Origin: Bacillales bacterium UBA6877
Lineage (GTDB): Bacteria; Bacillota_I; Bacilli_A; RFN20; CAG-826
Length of the DNA: 64,000 nt
Assembly (NCBI GenBank): GCA_002451465.1
Contig: DKCJ01000006.1
Span: 10,373-74,372, forward strand
Direction of reading: 5' to 3'
Position numbers and translations under genes: made by a program. The notes under the pieces were generated by a model. That model was not told the DNA's origin. It made no database searches and saw nothing but the letters and a program-made list of their open reading frames with translations. Below are positions 1 through 8,267 of this stretch, piece by piece. Numbering within the stretch: position 1 is the first letter of the stretch; each line of letters opens with the position of its first letter.

Positions 1-811
1 CTTTTTTGATTTCTATTTTTCTTAAAGCAAAATAAGATTCAACTATATCATCAAAAAAAGTAATATTTACTTTATATAAATATGGTTTAACTAAAGACCA
101 TGGATGGAAATTTTCTAATTTAATTAACGTTTCTTGGTTTGTATTAACAATTAATTCTTGATTATCTATTTTAACTTTTGCAATAGAACTAACTGTGGTT
201 AAAATTTTTAAAATTATGCATTTTTCATCATATAAAACCTTGTAAAATACATCTTTAACATAATTTTCATCTAAAGATTCAAGCCAAACTGGTTTATATA
301 TACCACTAGTTGTTGTATAAAAAATTCCACCTCTATTAAGTCTTTGTTTACCAATTGAATGGAAACTTGCATCGCTTTTATCTTCAACTACTACCTTAAT
401 ATCAAATTCATTAGTAGTAACAAATTTTGCTATCTCAAAACTAAACTTAGTATAACCACCTATGTGGCGCCCAACTTCTTGCTCATTTATATAAACAACA
501 CAAGATTGATCAACACCTTCAAAATGTAATATAAGGTGTTTCTTTTTAAAATTAAATGGCAAAACAACGTGTTTTTTATAAATAATATATTCATCAGCAT
601 CTAAAAGATGATTAACTCCACTTAATGGAGATTCAACGGCATATGGCACAAGACAATGTTTATCAAAAGTAACATTATTTAAATCTTTAGTAATAACAAT
701 TTCCCAATCGCCATTAAGTGAAAAATAACTATCTCTTTTAAGTAAAGGGCGAGGATAATCATTTAATGGTTTTGAATTAAAATCTATATTTAATTTATTT
801 ATTTTGGTCAT
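1..811 (-). CDS. Glycoside hydrolase family 2-like enzyme (beta-galactosidase/beta-glucuronidase class), N-terminal ~270 codons; gene continues beyond window start; 5' end frame-disrupted as given
   Basis: Not in ORF track because there is no stop in the window. Hand translation of the minus strand is open from 721 to 1: SLNGDWEIVITKD...LHFEGVDQSCVVYINEQEVGRHIGGYTKFSFEI...FHPWSLVKPYLYKV, which fits the GH2 N-terminal sugar-binding domain pattern. The conserved piece NSKPLNDYPRPLLKRDSYF lies in another frame (777-722). The likely ATG at 811-809 (AAGG 8 nt upstream) is in the body frame but reaches TAA after 11 codons. Confidence 0.6.
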   Translation of the reverse strand, partial: MTKINKLNIDFNSKPLNDYPRPLLKRDSYFSLNGDWEIVITKDLNNVTFDKHCLVPYAVESPLSGVNHLLDADEYIIYKKHVVLPFNFKKKHLILHFEGVDQSCVVYINEQEVGRHIGGYTKFSFEIAKFVTTNEFDIKVVVEDKSDASFHSIGKQRLNRGGIFYTTTSGIYKPVWLESLDENYVKDVFYKVLYDEKCIILKILTTVSSIAKVKIDNQELIVNTNQETLIKLENFHPWSLVKPYLYKVNITFFDDIVESYFALRKIEIKK

Positions 812-2165
812 AAAGAATACCTTTATTTTTAATTTTATTTATTTTATTTTCTTTCGCAATCAGAATAATTGTAGGAATAAAAACAAATAGTAAAGCTAAA
901 GCCGCAAATAACCATATATAATTTGGTGGTAATTTTAAAACTTCTTTAGTTGTTTCATCAATATATGACTTATTTGACATATTATTTACTATTAATTTGC
1001 CAATTAATGGTCCAATAATCATTGGCAAGGCCACTTGGAAAATCATCCTTATACCTTGGAAACTTCCTTCTTTACCATTTGGCGTAAATTCTCTTAAAGA
1101 AGCATTAATTGCAACACCTGAAACAATATAGCCAAAAATCATAATAATTCCTGCAATCATTGTATAAACTAATGCGCCTTTTGCAGCAAAAAACACTAAA
1201 ATCAAACCTAATATAAATATTAAAGTCCAAACAATTAATGATTTAAATTTTGAAACTTTATCCATCAACCTACCAGCTAAAACACTTAAAATAGATCCGC
1301 CAACTAAAACTACACCCATTAAAATCATAAAGTTTGTTCCAGTTATTTCTAACGTATTTTGAAAGTAAATGATCATATATGGGAAGAATATTTGCGTTGC
1401 AGCACAATATAAAAAGTCCGTAATAAGAATTATATATAAGGTTTTATTTTCTTTTATAAAACTTGGCTTAAATCCTTCAGCTAAAATACGAATATATTTT
1501 TCATTACTTTTTTCAACTCTTTCTTTTGGAAATAAAAATATAGAAATAAGTCCAACAATAAAAACAAAACCACCAATCGCTATGAAAAAGAATTTCCAAT
1601 CTTTATCTGGTTCGCCAACCATAAAACCATATAAAACAGTAATAATAAGCATTGAAGCAAGTGGTAAAACACTTAAAACACCTTCAACTTTTCCTCTATT
1701 TTTATTTGAAACATTTCGCGTTACATATGAATTAAAACACGCATCATTTGATGTGCTACCAAAAAAAGTCATTAAACAATCAAGCAAGATAATAAGTATA
1801 CATGAAACAAATGCTGCTTGATTTGTTGCAATTAATCCAATATTAACTAAATCTTTACCATCAACGAAAGCAAAAGCAATTGTTGATAAACCCCAAAGAA
1901 GATATCCTGAAATTATAAATACTTTCCTTCTACCGACTTTATCACTTAAGCCACCCATAAAAATTGTTGTTAAACAAGCAGTTATTGCACTTAAGGCTAC
2001 AGTCCAAGTAACCATTGTTTGGTAATCACCATAACCTTGAGCAAATATGTAATTATTTAAGTACATATTTTCTAAAGACCAGGCAAGTTGACCAGCGATT
2101 CCAATTATTACAAATATGAACCAATTTCTTGCTCCAACTTTATCCTTAATTGAACAATTTTTCAT
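795..2165 (-). CDS. MFS-type sugar/glycoside transporter
   Basis: ORF 795..2207 has a ~12-TM hydrophobic profile and the MFS loop motif GGLSDKVGRRKVF. Start moved to ATG 2165 (MKNCSIKDK), which is preceded by GGAGGA with a 5-nt spacer. The 3' end overlaps the GH2 start by 17 nt. Confidence 0.7.
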   Translation of the reverse strand: MKNCSIKDKVGARNWFIFVIIGIAGQLAWSLENMYLNNYIFAQGYGDYQTMVTWTVALSAITACLTTIFMGGLSDKVGRRKVFIISGYLLWGLSTIAFAFVDGKDLVNIGLIATNQAAFVSCILIILLDCLMTFFGSTSNDACFNSYVTRNVSNKNRGKVEGVLSVLPLASMLIITVLYGFMVGEPDKDWKFFFIAIGGFVFIVGLISIFLFPKERVEKSNEKYIRILAEGFKPSFIKENKTLYIILITDFLYCAATQIFFPYMIIYFQNTLEITGTNFMILMGVVLVGGSILSVLAGRLMDKVSKFKSLIVWTLIFILGLILVFFAAKGALVYTMIAGIIMIFGYIVSGVAINASLREFTPNGKEGSFQGIRMIFQVALPMIIGPLIGKLIVNNMSNKSYIDETTKEVLKLPPNYIWLFAALALLFVFIPTIILIAKENKINKIKNKGILYDQNK

Positions 2166-2310
2166 ATTATTCCTCCAAATTTTAATCTTAAAAATATTAT
2201 AATTCAAAAAGCAACATTTACCTACATTATCATTGTTCTTGTTAAATAAAAAATAATTAAAAATATTCTATTGAATCTTTAATGATTTTATTTGTTAAAA
2301 ACGAAATAAA

Positions 2311-3168
2311 TTATATTTGACTTGTTTCACTAATATATTTAGTTTCTTTTTTTAAACGATTATCAAAATAAGTGGCGAAAACCGCCATAACAACAAATAT
2401 TAAAACTTTTGTTACTAATGTTGGAATAGGAGCAGATATGCCTGCTAAAAATTGAAAAAGAGTTTGCATAGGGAGAATAACACCTATACACATACATAAT
2501 TTAAGAATCATCCGTAAAAGAACATAACCAATAAATTTCTCTTTTTTAACTAAAAAATAGGTAATAAACATTAATGGACTTATAATACCCATATCATCAA
2601 CATAAGTAATTTCTGTTGTATATACTTCGATTAAATCTAAAGATGTATTATTTATAAGAGAGTTAATGATGTCTGGAAGCCAAGCAACAAATAATGCAAT
2701 ACTAGTTATAAATAAAAATAGTTTCATTCCAATAGTAAAATTAAATTTACAAACCTTTTCTTCTTTAGCACCTAAAGCACTTAGTTTTAAAAGTAATAGA
2801 AAGACAATAAAAAAGCAAAGACTAAACAATGCGATATATATTAAATGTAAATGATTATATGTAACACAAAAGGCCATACTTGTGGAATAATAAAAAAGCG
2901 TAGAAAGTAATCCAAAACTTGAAACATAGTTTTCAATACTTTGGTTTTTTAAAGTTTTCACAAAAGTAATAATGTATAATGGCAAAACAAAAAATAAAAT
3001 TGTTACATCAGTTCCGATAAAAATAGACGCTTTAAAATATGAATCATGTGCATATATTCCATAACCCCACATTTTAATAACTTCACCATATTGATTTGTA
3101 AATTCGTAAGAATATTCTTTATTAAAAGAACATATACCAGTAAGCGTCGTAATAAGCAACAATATCAT
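2311..3168 (-). CDS. Polytopic membrane protein of unknown function (N-terminus possibly extended, see finding)
   Basis: 285-aa ORF with about 7 hydrophobic segments and no recognisable catalytic motif. Same strand as, and immediately upstream of, the MFS/GH2 genes. Confidence 0.5.
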   Translation of the reverse strand: MILLLITTLTGICSFNKEYSYEFTNQYGEVIKMWGYGIYAHDSYFKASIFIGTDVTILFFVLPLYIITFVKTLKNQSIENYVSSFGLLSTLFYYSTSMAFCVTYNHLHLIYIALFSLCFFIVFLLLLKLSALGAKEEKVCKFNFTIGMKLFLFITSIALFVAWLPDIINSLINNTSLDLIEVYTTEITYVDDMGIISPLMFITYFLVKKEKFIGYVLLRMILKLCMCIGVILPMQTLFQFLAGISAPIPTLVTKVLIFVVMAVFATYFDNRLKKETKYISETSQI

Positions 3169-3324
3169 TAGAATTACATTTAAGACTATATATAATTTTC
3201 TCTTTTGTCATAGTATGTATAACTTTTAAAATAAAACTCCTAGATAATTATGTACGAGAATAACCAAAATTGTTATTTTTTAAATTAGTAGGATAATTAA
3301 AAATTAGATATATCTATATAAATA

Positions 3325-3350
3325 ACCTATAACGCCTACACATTATAGGT
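3325..3350 (-). terminator. Hairpin just 3' of tRNA-Ala (likely terminator)
   Basis: ACCTATAA (3325-3332) pairs with TTATAGGT (3343-3350). On the minus strand the hairpin follows the tRNA 3' end and is followed by a T/A-rich run. Confidence 0.45.
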
Positions 3351-3362
3351 GTTCGTCAGAAA

Positions 3363-3438
3363 TGGTGGAACAAATGGGGATCGAACCCACGACCTCATCG
3401 TTGCGAACGATGCGCTCTCCCAACTGAGCTATTGTCCC
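3363..3438 (-). tRNA. tRNA-Ala (anticodon CGC), CCA encoded
   Basis: The reverse complement GGGACAATAGCTCAGTTGGGAGAGCGCATCGTTCGCAACGATGAGGTCGTGGGTTCGATCCCCATTTGTTCCACCA folds as a 76-nt cloverleaf: 7-bp acceptor stem, D arm GCTC/GAGC, anticodon stem CATCG/CGATG with loop TTCGCAA, and T arm GTGGG/CCCAT with loop TTCGATC. The G3:U70 alanine identity pair is present. Confidence 0.92.
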
Positions 3439-3523
3439 ATGGCTTATATAATATACTTATTTAAAATAAAAATCTTTTACAAAATTAAGATATTGAAAGA
3501 AAAATATATTAAAATATTTAAGT

Positions 3524-4771
3524 ATGTCAAATCGCTTTATTGCAGTAATAGATATGAAGGCTTTTTATGCCTCAATTGAGTGTGTTGAAAGAGGACTTGA
3601 TCCTTTAAAAGCATTACTTGTTGTTACGGATACTACTAGAAAAGAATCTACAATTGTTTTAAGTGTTTCGCATGCACTTAAAATAATGGGTGTTCCATCT
3701 AGATGCCGAAGAAGAGATCTTCCAAAAATTAAAGACATGATTTACGCTATTCCGCAAATGGAAAAATATGTTAAAAAGAGTGCCGAAATCGTTTCAATAT
3801 TCTTAGATTTTATTGGGGAAGATGATTTACATATATATTCTATTGATGAGTGCTTTTTAAATCTTGGACCATACCTTAAACTATATAAATGTACTGCTAA
3901 AGAATTAGTAAAAAAGATATTAACAAAAATCAAAGATCAAACTGGCCTCATAGCAACTGCAGGCATTGGACCAAATATGTTTCTAGCAAAGGTTGCTGAT
4001 GATATCGAAGCAAAAAAGAATAAAGATTTTATCGCAGAGTGGACTTATGATGATGTTAAAACAAAATTATGGCCATTAAAACCACTTAATAAAATGTGGG
4101 GAGTAAGTCAAGGCTACACCAAAAGTCTTAATCAATTAGGAATTTATACTGTTGGCGATTTAGCAAACTACAATAAAAACGACTTAATTGATAGATTTGG
4201 TTTAATTGGTGAAGAATTATATAATCACGCTAACGGAATAGATGAGGCTGATATTCGCGAAAAATATCTGCCACTAAATAAAGGCTTATCAATTGGCCAA
4301 GTTTTAATGCGTGATTATACAAAAAAAGAAACAGTTTTAATTATTAAAGAAATGTGTGATGAATTAACAATTCGCTTAAGAAAAATAAAGAAAAATTGTG
4401 GTTGTGTCCATTTAGCAATCGGTTATTCAAGTATTGTAGATGGTGGCTTTTATCATCAAATTAAACTCCTGGTACCTACTTCTACTAATAGTCATTTACT
4501 TAAAGGTTTAATGCATTTATTTAATACATATTGCGAAGATAAACCAATTAGAAGAGTGTGTATTTCGTATACTGATTTAACAAATAAAGGTGTTCAACAA
4601 TTATCACTTTTTAGTGATATAGAATCAATTGATAGTGAAGAAGAAATGTTTAATACATTAGATGAAGTAATGCATAAATTTGGTAAAAACAGCATTTCAA
4701 GAACAAGTGCCCTTAAAAAGGAAAGCACACTTAAAGAAAGACATAATCAAATAGGAGGTCATAGGAAATGA
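3524..4771 (+). CDS. Y-family (translesion) DNA polymerase, UvrX/YqjW/DinB-like
   Basis: The N-terminus [24 protein letters not shown] is the IMS/Y-family palm motif (D-M-x-x-F-[YF]-A-S-[VI]-E). Also SIDECFLN and the little-finger region. The stop overlaps the start of a YolD-like gene. Confidence 0.85.
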   Translation: MSNRFIAVIDMKAFYASIECVERGLDPLKALLVVTDTTRKESTIVLSVSHALKIMGVPSRCRRRDLPKIKDMIYAIPQMEKYVKKSAEIVSIFLDFIGEDDLHIYSIDECFLNLGPYLKLYKCTAKELVKKILTKIKDQTGLIATAGIGPNMFLAKVADDIEAKKNKDFIAEWTYDDVKTKLWPLKPLNKMWGVSQGYTKSLNQLGIYTVGDLANYNKNDLIDRFGLIGEELYNHANGIDEADIREKYLPLNKGLSIGQVLMRDYTKKETVLIIKEMCDELTIRLRKIKKNCGCVHLAIGYSSIVDGGFYHQIKLLVPTSTNSHLLKGLMHLFNTYCEDKPIRRVCISYTDLTNKGVQQLSLFSDIESIDSEEEMFNTLDEVMHKFGKNSISRTSALKKESTLKERHNQIGGHRK

Positions 4772-5097
4772 ACGATCGTGGTATGAAAAAATGGCTTCCT
4801 TTTTCTTCATTAGTTGAGCAAAATGAATTTTTAGAAAAAATGATTTACGAGAAAAATAAAATTAAGAAGCCAAGAGTTTCTGTTGAACAAGCTAGAAAAA
4901 TTGATTTAATATTACACGAACATAAAGATATTCCACTAACTTTTAAAATTTATTTTGACGGTTATTTATATACGTTTCGCGCTAAAATTGAAAAAATAGA
5001 TATCGTTCATCATAATATTTATTTCAAAGATTTTTATATACCAATAAGCAATATTATTGATATTGATAATCCATCGGATTTTGATTTTATTTGTTAA
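4768..5097 (+). CDS. YolD-like protein (accessory of UvrX-type polymerases)
   Basis: 109 aa, starting [15 protein letters not shown] (the DRG-x-x-KW-x-PF signature of the YolD family). ATGA overlap with the polymerase gene, the same pairing as yolD-uvrX / yqjX-yqjW in Bacillus. Confidence 0.7.
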   Translation: MNDRGMKKWLPFSSLVEQNEFLEKMIYEKNKIKKPRVSVEQARKIDLILHEHKDIPLTFKIYFDGYLYTFRAKIEKIDIVHHNIYFKDFYIPISNIIDIDNPSDFDFIC

Positions 5098-5125
5098 AAA
5101 AATGGTTCTTGTTAGAACCATTTTT
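5096..5125. terminator. Bidirectional rho-independent terminator between convergent genes
   Basis: AATGGTTCT (5101-5109), loop TGTT, AGAACCATT (5114-5122), flanked by an A-run on the left and a T-run on the right. Confidence 0.65.
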
Positions 5126-6353
5126 ATATTGCCCAGTTACCATTTTTAAATATTTGATGCTTTACGCCTTTATCATCAATTCCTACAACATCTAAGTCAT
5201 TAGTCCCAATCATAAAATCAACATGACTTCCTGAATGATTAATTCCTTTTTTAGTAATTTCTTCAAGACTCATTTCTTCATAACCTTTTAAAAGTGATGG
5301 AAAACCAGTACCTAAAGCAAGGTGGCAGGAGGCATTTTCATCATATAATGTGGAATAAAATAATACGCCAGTATTATTAATTGGTGAATCAAATGGAATA
5401 AGAGCCGCTTCACCTAAATATGAAGCATTCTCATCTACTTCTAACATTTGAGTTAACAATTCTTTTCCTTTTTTTGCACCATACTCTATAACTCTACCTT
5501 CATGAAATTTAAACCAGAAATCTTCAATTAATTGACCTCTATAGCATAGTGGTTTAGAAGCATAAACAATTCCTTCTGCCTTACCCTTCATTGGACTAGT
5601 AAATAATTCTTCGCTTGGTATATTTGGTTGAAAATAGACTTTTGTTTTCATAGTAGATTCACCACCACCAAGCCATATAACATCAGGTATTAAACCAATA
5701 GTTAAATCTGTTCCTAGAGAATTATGATAATGTAATTCACGTAAATTTAAAGAATTTAATATCTTCATTTTTTCATGAAGATTATTGTCATGTTCTTCCC
5801 AATTTTTCACAGGATCCCCTTCATAGGCTCTACTAACTTTTAAAATTAATTCCCATAAAGCTTCAACAGCTTTAGCTTTAGTTAAATTTGGGAAAACTTT
5901 TTTTGCCCAACCAACACTAGGAACTCCTGCAATACACCATTGATATTTTTCATCCATGTCATTTCTGAAACTTCTAATAATTTTAGTTAACTCTTTACTA
6001 GCTTTTCCATATTTATCAACATTGATTTTAGTTAAAGCTTCTGGATCATCAGATTCAATATAAATTCTACATGGTAATGTATCATGCCAATATTGCCATC
6101 TTTCTAATTGCCATTTATTTAATGAGCTAAGATCCTCTAAAGATTTATATTTATAATTATAGATTGTTAAAGTTGGATCATTCCATAAAACTAAAACATC
6201 TCTTGCTCCACACTTATAACATTCATTAACAAGCATCCTAATAAATTCGATTTGATCAAAGGAAGCGGTAATAACAACATCTTGTCCTTTTTGAATATTA
6301 ACACCTGTTGAAGCAATTAAGTGTGCATACTCTTTTAAAATTGATTTTTTCAT
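5124..6353 (-). CDS. Aminopeptidase, peptidase family M29 (AmpS/PepS type)
   Basis: MKKSILKEYAHLIASTGVNIQKGQDVVITAS...VLVLWNDP resembles the PepS/AmpS N-terminus; length ~409 aa. Start moved to ATG 6353, behind AGGAG with a 7-nt spacer. Confidence 0.8.
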   Translation of the reverse strand: MKKSILKEYAHLIASTGVNIQKGQDVVITASFDQIEFIRMLVNECYKCGARDVLVLWNDPTLTIYNYKYKSLEDLSSLNKWQLERWQYWHDTLPCRIYIESDDPEALTKINVDKYGKASKELTKIIRSFRNDMDEKYQWCIAGVPSVGWAKKVFPNLTKAKAVEALWELILKVSRAYEGDPVKNWEEHDNNLHEKMKILNSLNLRELHYHNSLGTDLTIGLIPDVIWLGGGESTMKTKVYFQPNIPSEELFTSPMKGKAEGIVYASKPLCYRGQLIEDFWFKFHEGRVIEYGAKKGKELLTQMLEVDENASYLGEAALIPFDSPINNTGVLFYSTLYDENASCHLALGTGFPSLLKGYEEMSLEEITKKGINHSGSHVDFMIGTNDLDVVGIDDKGVKHQIFKNGNWAI

Positions 6354-6364
6354 CTTATTCTCCT

Positions 6365-6958
6365 TTATTTTTTGCATCCTGTAATTTCTTCAAACAATGG
6401 TAATGTTAAACACCAATCACAGAAAGCATGCCATTCATTTAATTTATGATTTTTTCTTTGATTAAAAATAGTTTTTAATTGTTGATAATTTGTTGTCATT
6501 GATGCACCTAAACAAAATCCAGATGGCGTTGAAGCGACAAGCTCTCGCCACTTTGCTTTTTTCTCAGCAACATTTTCTTCAGGAATCTTATCATATTCAT
6601 CTTTAATAGAATTTACGACAGCAATAACATTTTTATTAGTATCTTTAACGCATTGCTCAGCAATATTAAATTTTAATAAGCAATGCATTGTTGATTGAGA
6701 GGAAATAAAGTCTAACCAATGGTATCTTTGCGCTTCTTTCCACCAAAATAATGGAGCAGTGATATCAAATTGTACTAATATTCCTTTTAAAAAATTATCA
6801 TGTCCTTGTCCACTTACAGTGGTTCCAAGTTTTTCAGCCCTTGATAAATCTTTTTCATTTACTTCAGTTCTATCAAAAGCAGTTCTCATAGGATTTCCGC
6901 TCGCTTTAAGAGCAAAATCTAATCCATATACTTTTGTGTTTTTAATATTAAATTCCAT
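6365..6958 (-). CDS. ThyX-fold (flavin-dependent thymidylate synthase-like) protein with degenerate active-site signature
   Basis: GQGHDNFLKGILVQFDITAPLFWWKEAQRYHWLDFISSQSTMH aligns by eye with the ThyX core GHE..LEH..F.F.I.APIF...Q..RHR....S..S.RY, and later TNYQQLKTIFNQR matches N.R.L.NF..LR. Start at ATG 6958 behind GAGGA. Sits between folD and the M29 peptidase. Confidence 0.55.
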   Translation of the reverse strand: MEFNIKNTKVYGLDFALKASGNPMRTAFDRTEVNEKDLSRAEKLGTTVSGQGHDNFLKGILVQFDITAPLFWWKEAQRYHWLDFISSQSTMHCLLKFNIAEQCVKDTNKNVIAVVNSIKDEYDKIPEENVAEKKAKWRELVASTPSGFCLGASMTTNYQQLKTIFNQRKNHKLNEWHAFCDWCLTLPLFEEITGCKK

Positions 6959-6959
6959 A

Positions 6960-7754
6960 TTATTTTTCCTCACATGCTTCTTTTAAATTTATTAATAACG
7001 CTAAACGCGTAAGTAATCCAACACCACCAGGTACTGGTGATTGATATGCTACATTTAAATTTGGGATGCAATCACCATATAGTTTTCCATCAACTCTATT
7101 AATTCCTACATCGAAAACTACACAATCTTTTTTAAAATTAAATCTATTATCAACATTATATTTTCTACCAATAGAAACAACTATAAGGTCTGCATGTTCT
7201 ATATAAAATTTTTTATCTTCTTCTGTAGTTTTAGTATGCAAATTTATAACATTCATATCTAGAGAAAGAAGGGCTTTTTGCATAGGTTTTCCAACAATAT
7301 TGCTCCTTCCTAAAACTACCGCATTTCTGCCTTTAAAAACATAATTATTGTCTTTTAAAAATTCTATTATTCCTTTTGGTGTTGCAGGTGTGAATTTAGA
7401 ATATTCATTAAATCCATCGACATCTTTTGAAGTATCTATTGTTCTTTTAATTAATTCTTCATCAATATGTTTAGGAAGAGGCATTTGCACAATTATCCCA
7501 TCAACATCTTGATCAATATTAAATTTATTAATTAACTCTATAAGAATTTCTTCGCTAGTTTCCTCTGATAATTTAATTAACTTTGCATCAACATTAATTT
7601 CTGCACAATCTTTTAATTTCCCCCTTATATAAGCATTACTTGCGGGATCATCATTAAGTTGAATGATTACTAAAACTTTTCGCTTATCAAATTTATCAAA
7701 AAAAGTTTTTAGTTCTCTTTTTTTGATTTCTACATATTCTTTTATATTTTTCAT
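6960..7754 (-). CDS. folD: Bifunctional methylenetetrahydrofolate dehydrogenase/methenyl-THF cyclohydrolase
   Basis: NDDPASNAYIRGKLK, DGIIVQMPLP, DVDGF, VVLGRSNIVGKPM and SPVPGGVGLLT are canonical FolD blocks. Confidence 0.92.
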   Translation of the reverse strand: MKNIKEYVEIKKRELKTFFDKFDKRKVLVIIQLNDDPASNAYIRGKLKDCAEINVDAKLIKLSEETSEEILIELINKFNIDQDVDGIIVQMPLPKHIDEELIKRTIDTSKDVDGFNEYSKFTPATPKGIIEFLKDNNYVFKGRNAVVLGRSNIVGKPMQKALLSLDMNVINLHTKTTEEDKKFYIEHADLIVVSIGRKYNVDNRFNFKKDCVVFDVGINRVDGKLYGDCIPNLNVAYQSPVPGGVGLLTRLALLINLKEACEEK

Positions 7755-7800
7755 AATCTTAATTTTACCAAAAGAAAAGTTTTTTAAAATAACAACTTTT

Positions 7801-7830
7801 AAAAAAGAAAAACAAGGTTTTCACCTTGTT
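7801..7830 (-). terminator. Rho-independent terminator of secG
   Basis: AACAAGGT (7811-7818), loop TTTC, ACCTTGTT (7823-7830, overlapping the secG stop), followed on the minus strand by TTTCTTTTTT. Confidence 0.65.
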
Positions 7831-8129
7831 TACATTCTTAATAAATTAACGATTACATTTATTGCAGTTGTCGTCGTATCATCAGTTGCTGGCGTTTCAG
7901 CTTTAACAAGAACACTGCTTAATAAAGCAAAGAATAAAAATATAATACCAAACCCTAAGGTTAAATAAGAAATGATTAATTCACTTCCTCTTTCCTTGGT
8001 TTTAACAAATACGTTCATACCACCACCAGTAATAGCACCAGAAGCACCTTCACTCTTACCACCTTGGAGTAAACTTAAAACAATTATAATAAAACAAACA
8101 AACCAAAATACATAATCAAACCATTGCAT
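7830..8129 (-). CDS. secG: Preprotein translocase subunit SecG
   Basis: MQWFDYVFWFVCFIIIVLSLLQGGKSEGASGAITGGG plus a second TM helix is the SecG pattern. Start chosen at ATG 8129 (GGAGG with 7-nt spacer) rather than the ORF-track start. Confidence 0.8.
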   Translation of the reverse strand: MQWFDYVFWFVCFIIIVLSLLQGGKSEGASGAITGGGMNVFVKTKERGSELIISYLTLGFGIIFLFFALLSSVLVKAETPATDDTTTTAINVIVNLLRM

Positions 8130-8267
8130 AATCATACCTCCAATGTTCGCATTTAATCTTAATCTTAAATCTTTCAAAAGTCTACAATTTCTTAAGGAAA
8201 TTAAATAAGTAATGTAATAAGTCTGTAGTTAATAAAGAATTAATGAAATATAAATTTTAAACAACAT

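Noticed and set aside
1369-1821. Plus-strand 150-aa ORF, and many similar 60-115-aa ORFs in the track (for example 2666..2854, 3742..3933, 6759..6986, 7663..7968, 8518..8769, 10718..10996, 12456..12794, 12481..12672, 12898..13158, 13751..13954, 15921..16229, 16455..16655, 17326..17679, 18911..19096, 27366..27584, 27903..28100, 35310..35522, 36624..36824, 37718..37912, 38794..39018, 39078..39263, 41014..41268, 41308..41610, 42911..43147, 43224..43454, 43408..43605, 43705..43920, 46708..46896, 48733..48975, 53002..53202, 56898..57140, 60496..60693, 63091..63393)
   Set aside because: All lie fully inside, and antisense to or out of frame with, long ORFs that carry clear family motifs. Their products are low-complexity with no motifs or RBS. 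They are shadow ORFs expected in AT-rich DNA with few stop codons on the complementary strand.
2166-2207. N-terminal extensions in the ORF track (also 6354..6377, 8130..8177, 11278..11301, 15044..15052, 18006..18047, 19932..19973, 26220..26273, 30835..30846, 31885..31899, 34368..34409, 41003..41017, 49260..49280, 59398..59409, 60650..60682)
   Set aside because: In each case an internal ATG or TTG with a proper Shine-Dalgarno sequence coincides with the conserved protein N-terminus. The extensions are just the longest-ORF artefact.
3439-3523. LexA/SOS box upstream of the Y-family polymerase
   Set aside because: No CGAAC-N4-GTTCG-like palindrome is present. The only GATCGAAC-like string belongs to the tRNA T-arm.
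3349-3579. 76-aa plus-strand [19 protein letters not shown]...
   Set aside because: It is the antisense translation of the tRNA-Ala gene running into the promoter region of the polymerase gene, so it is not a real CDS.
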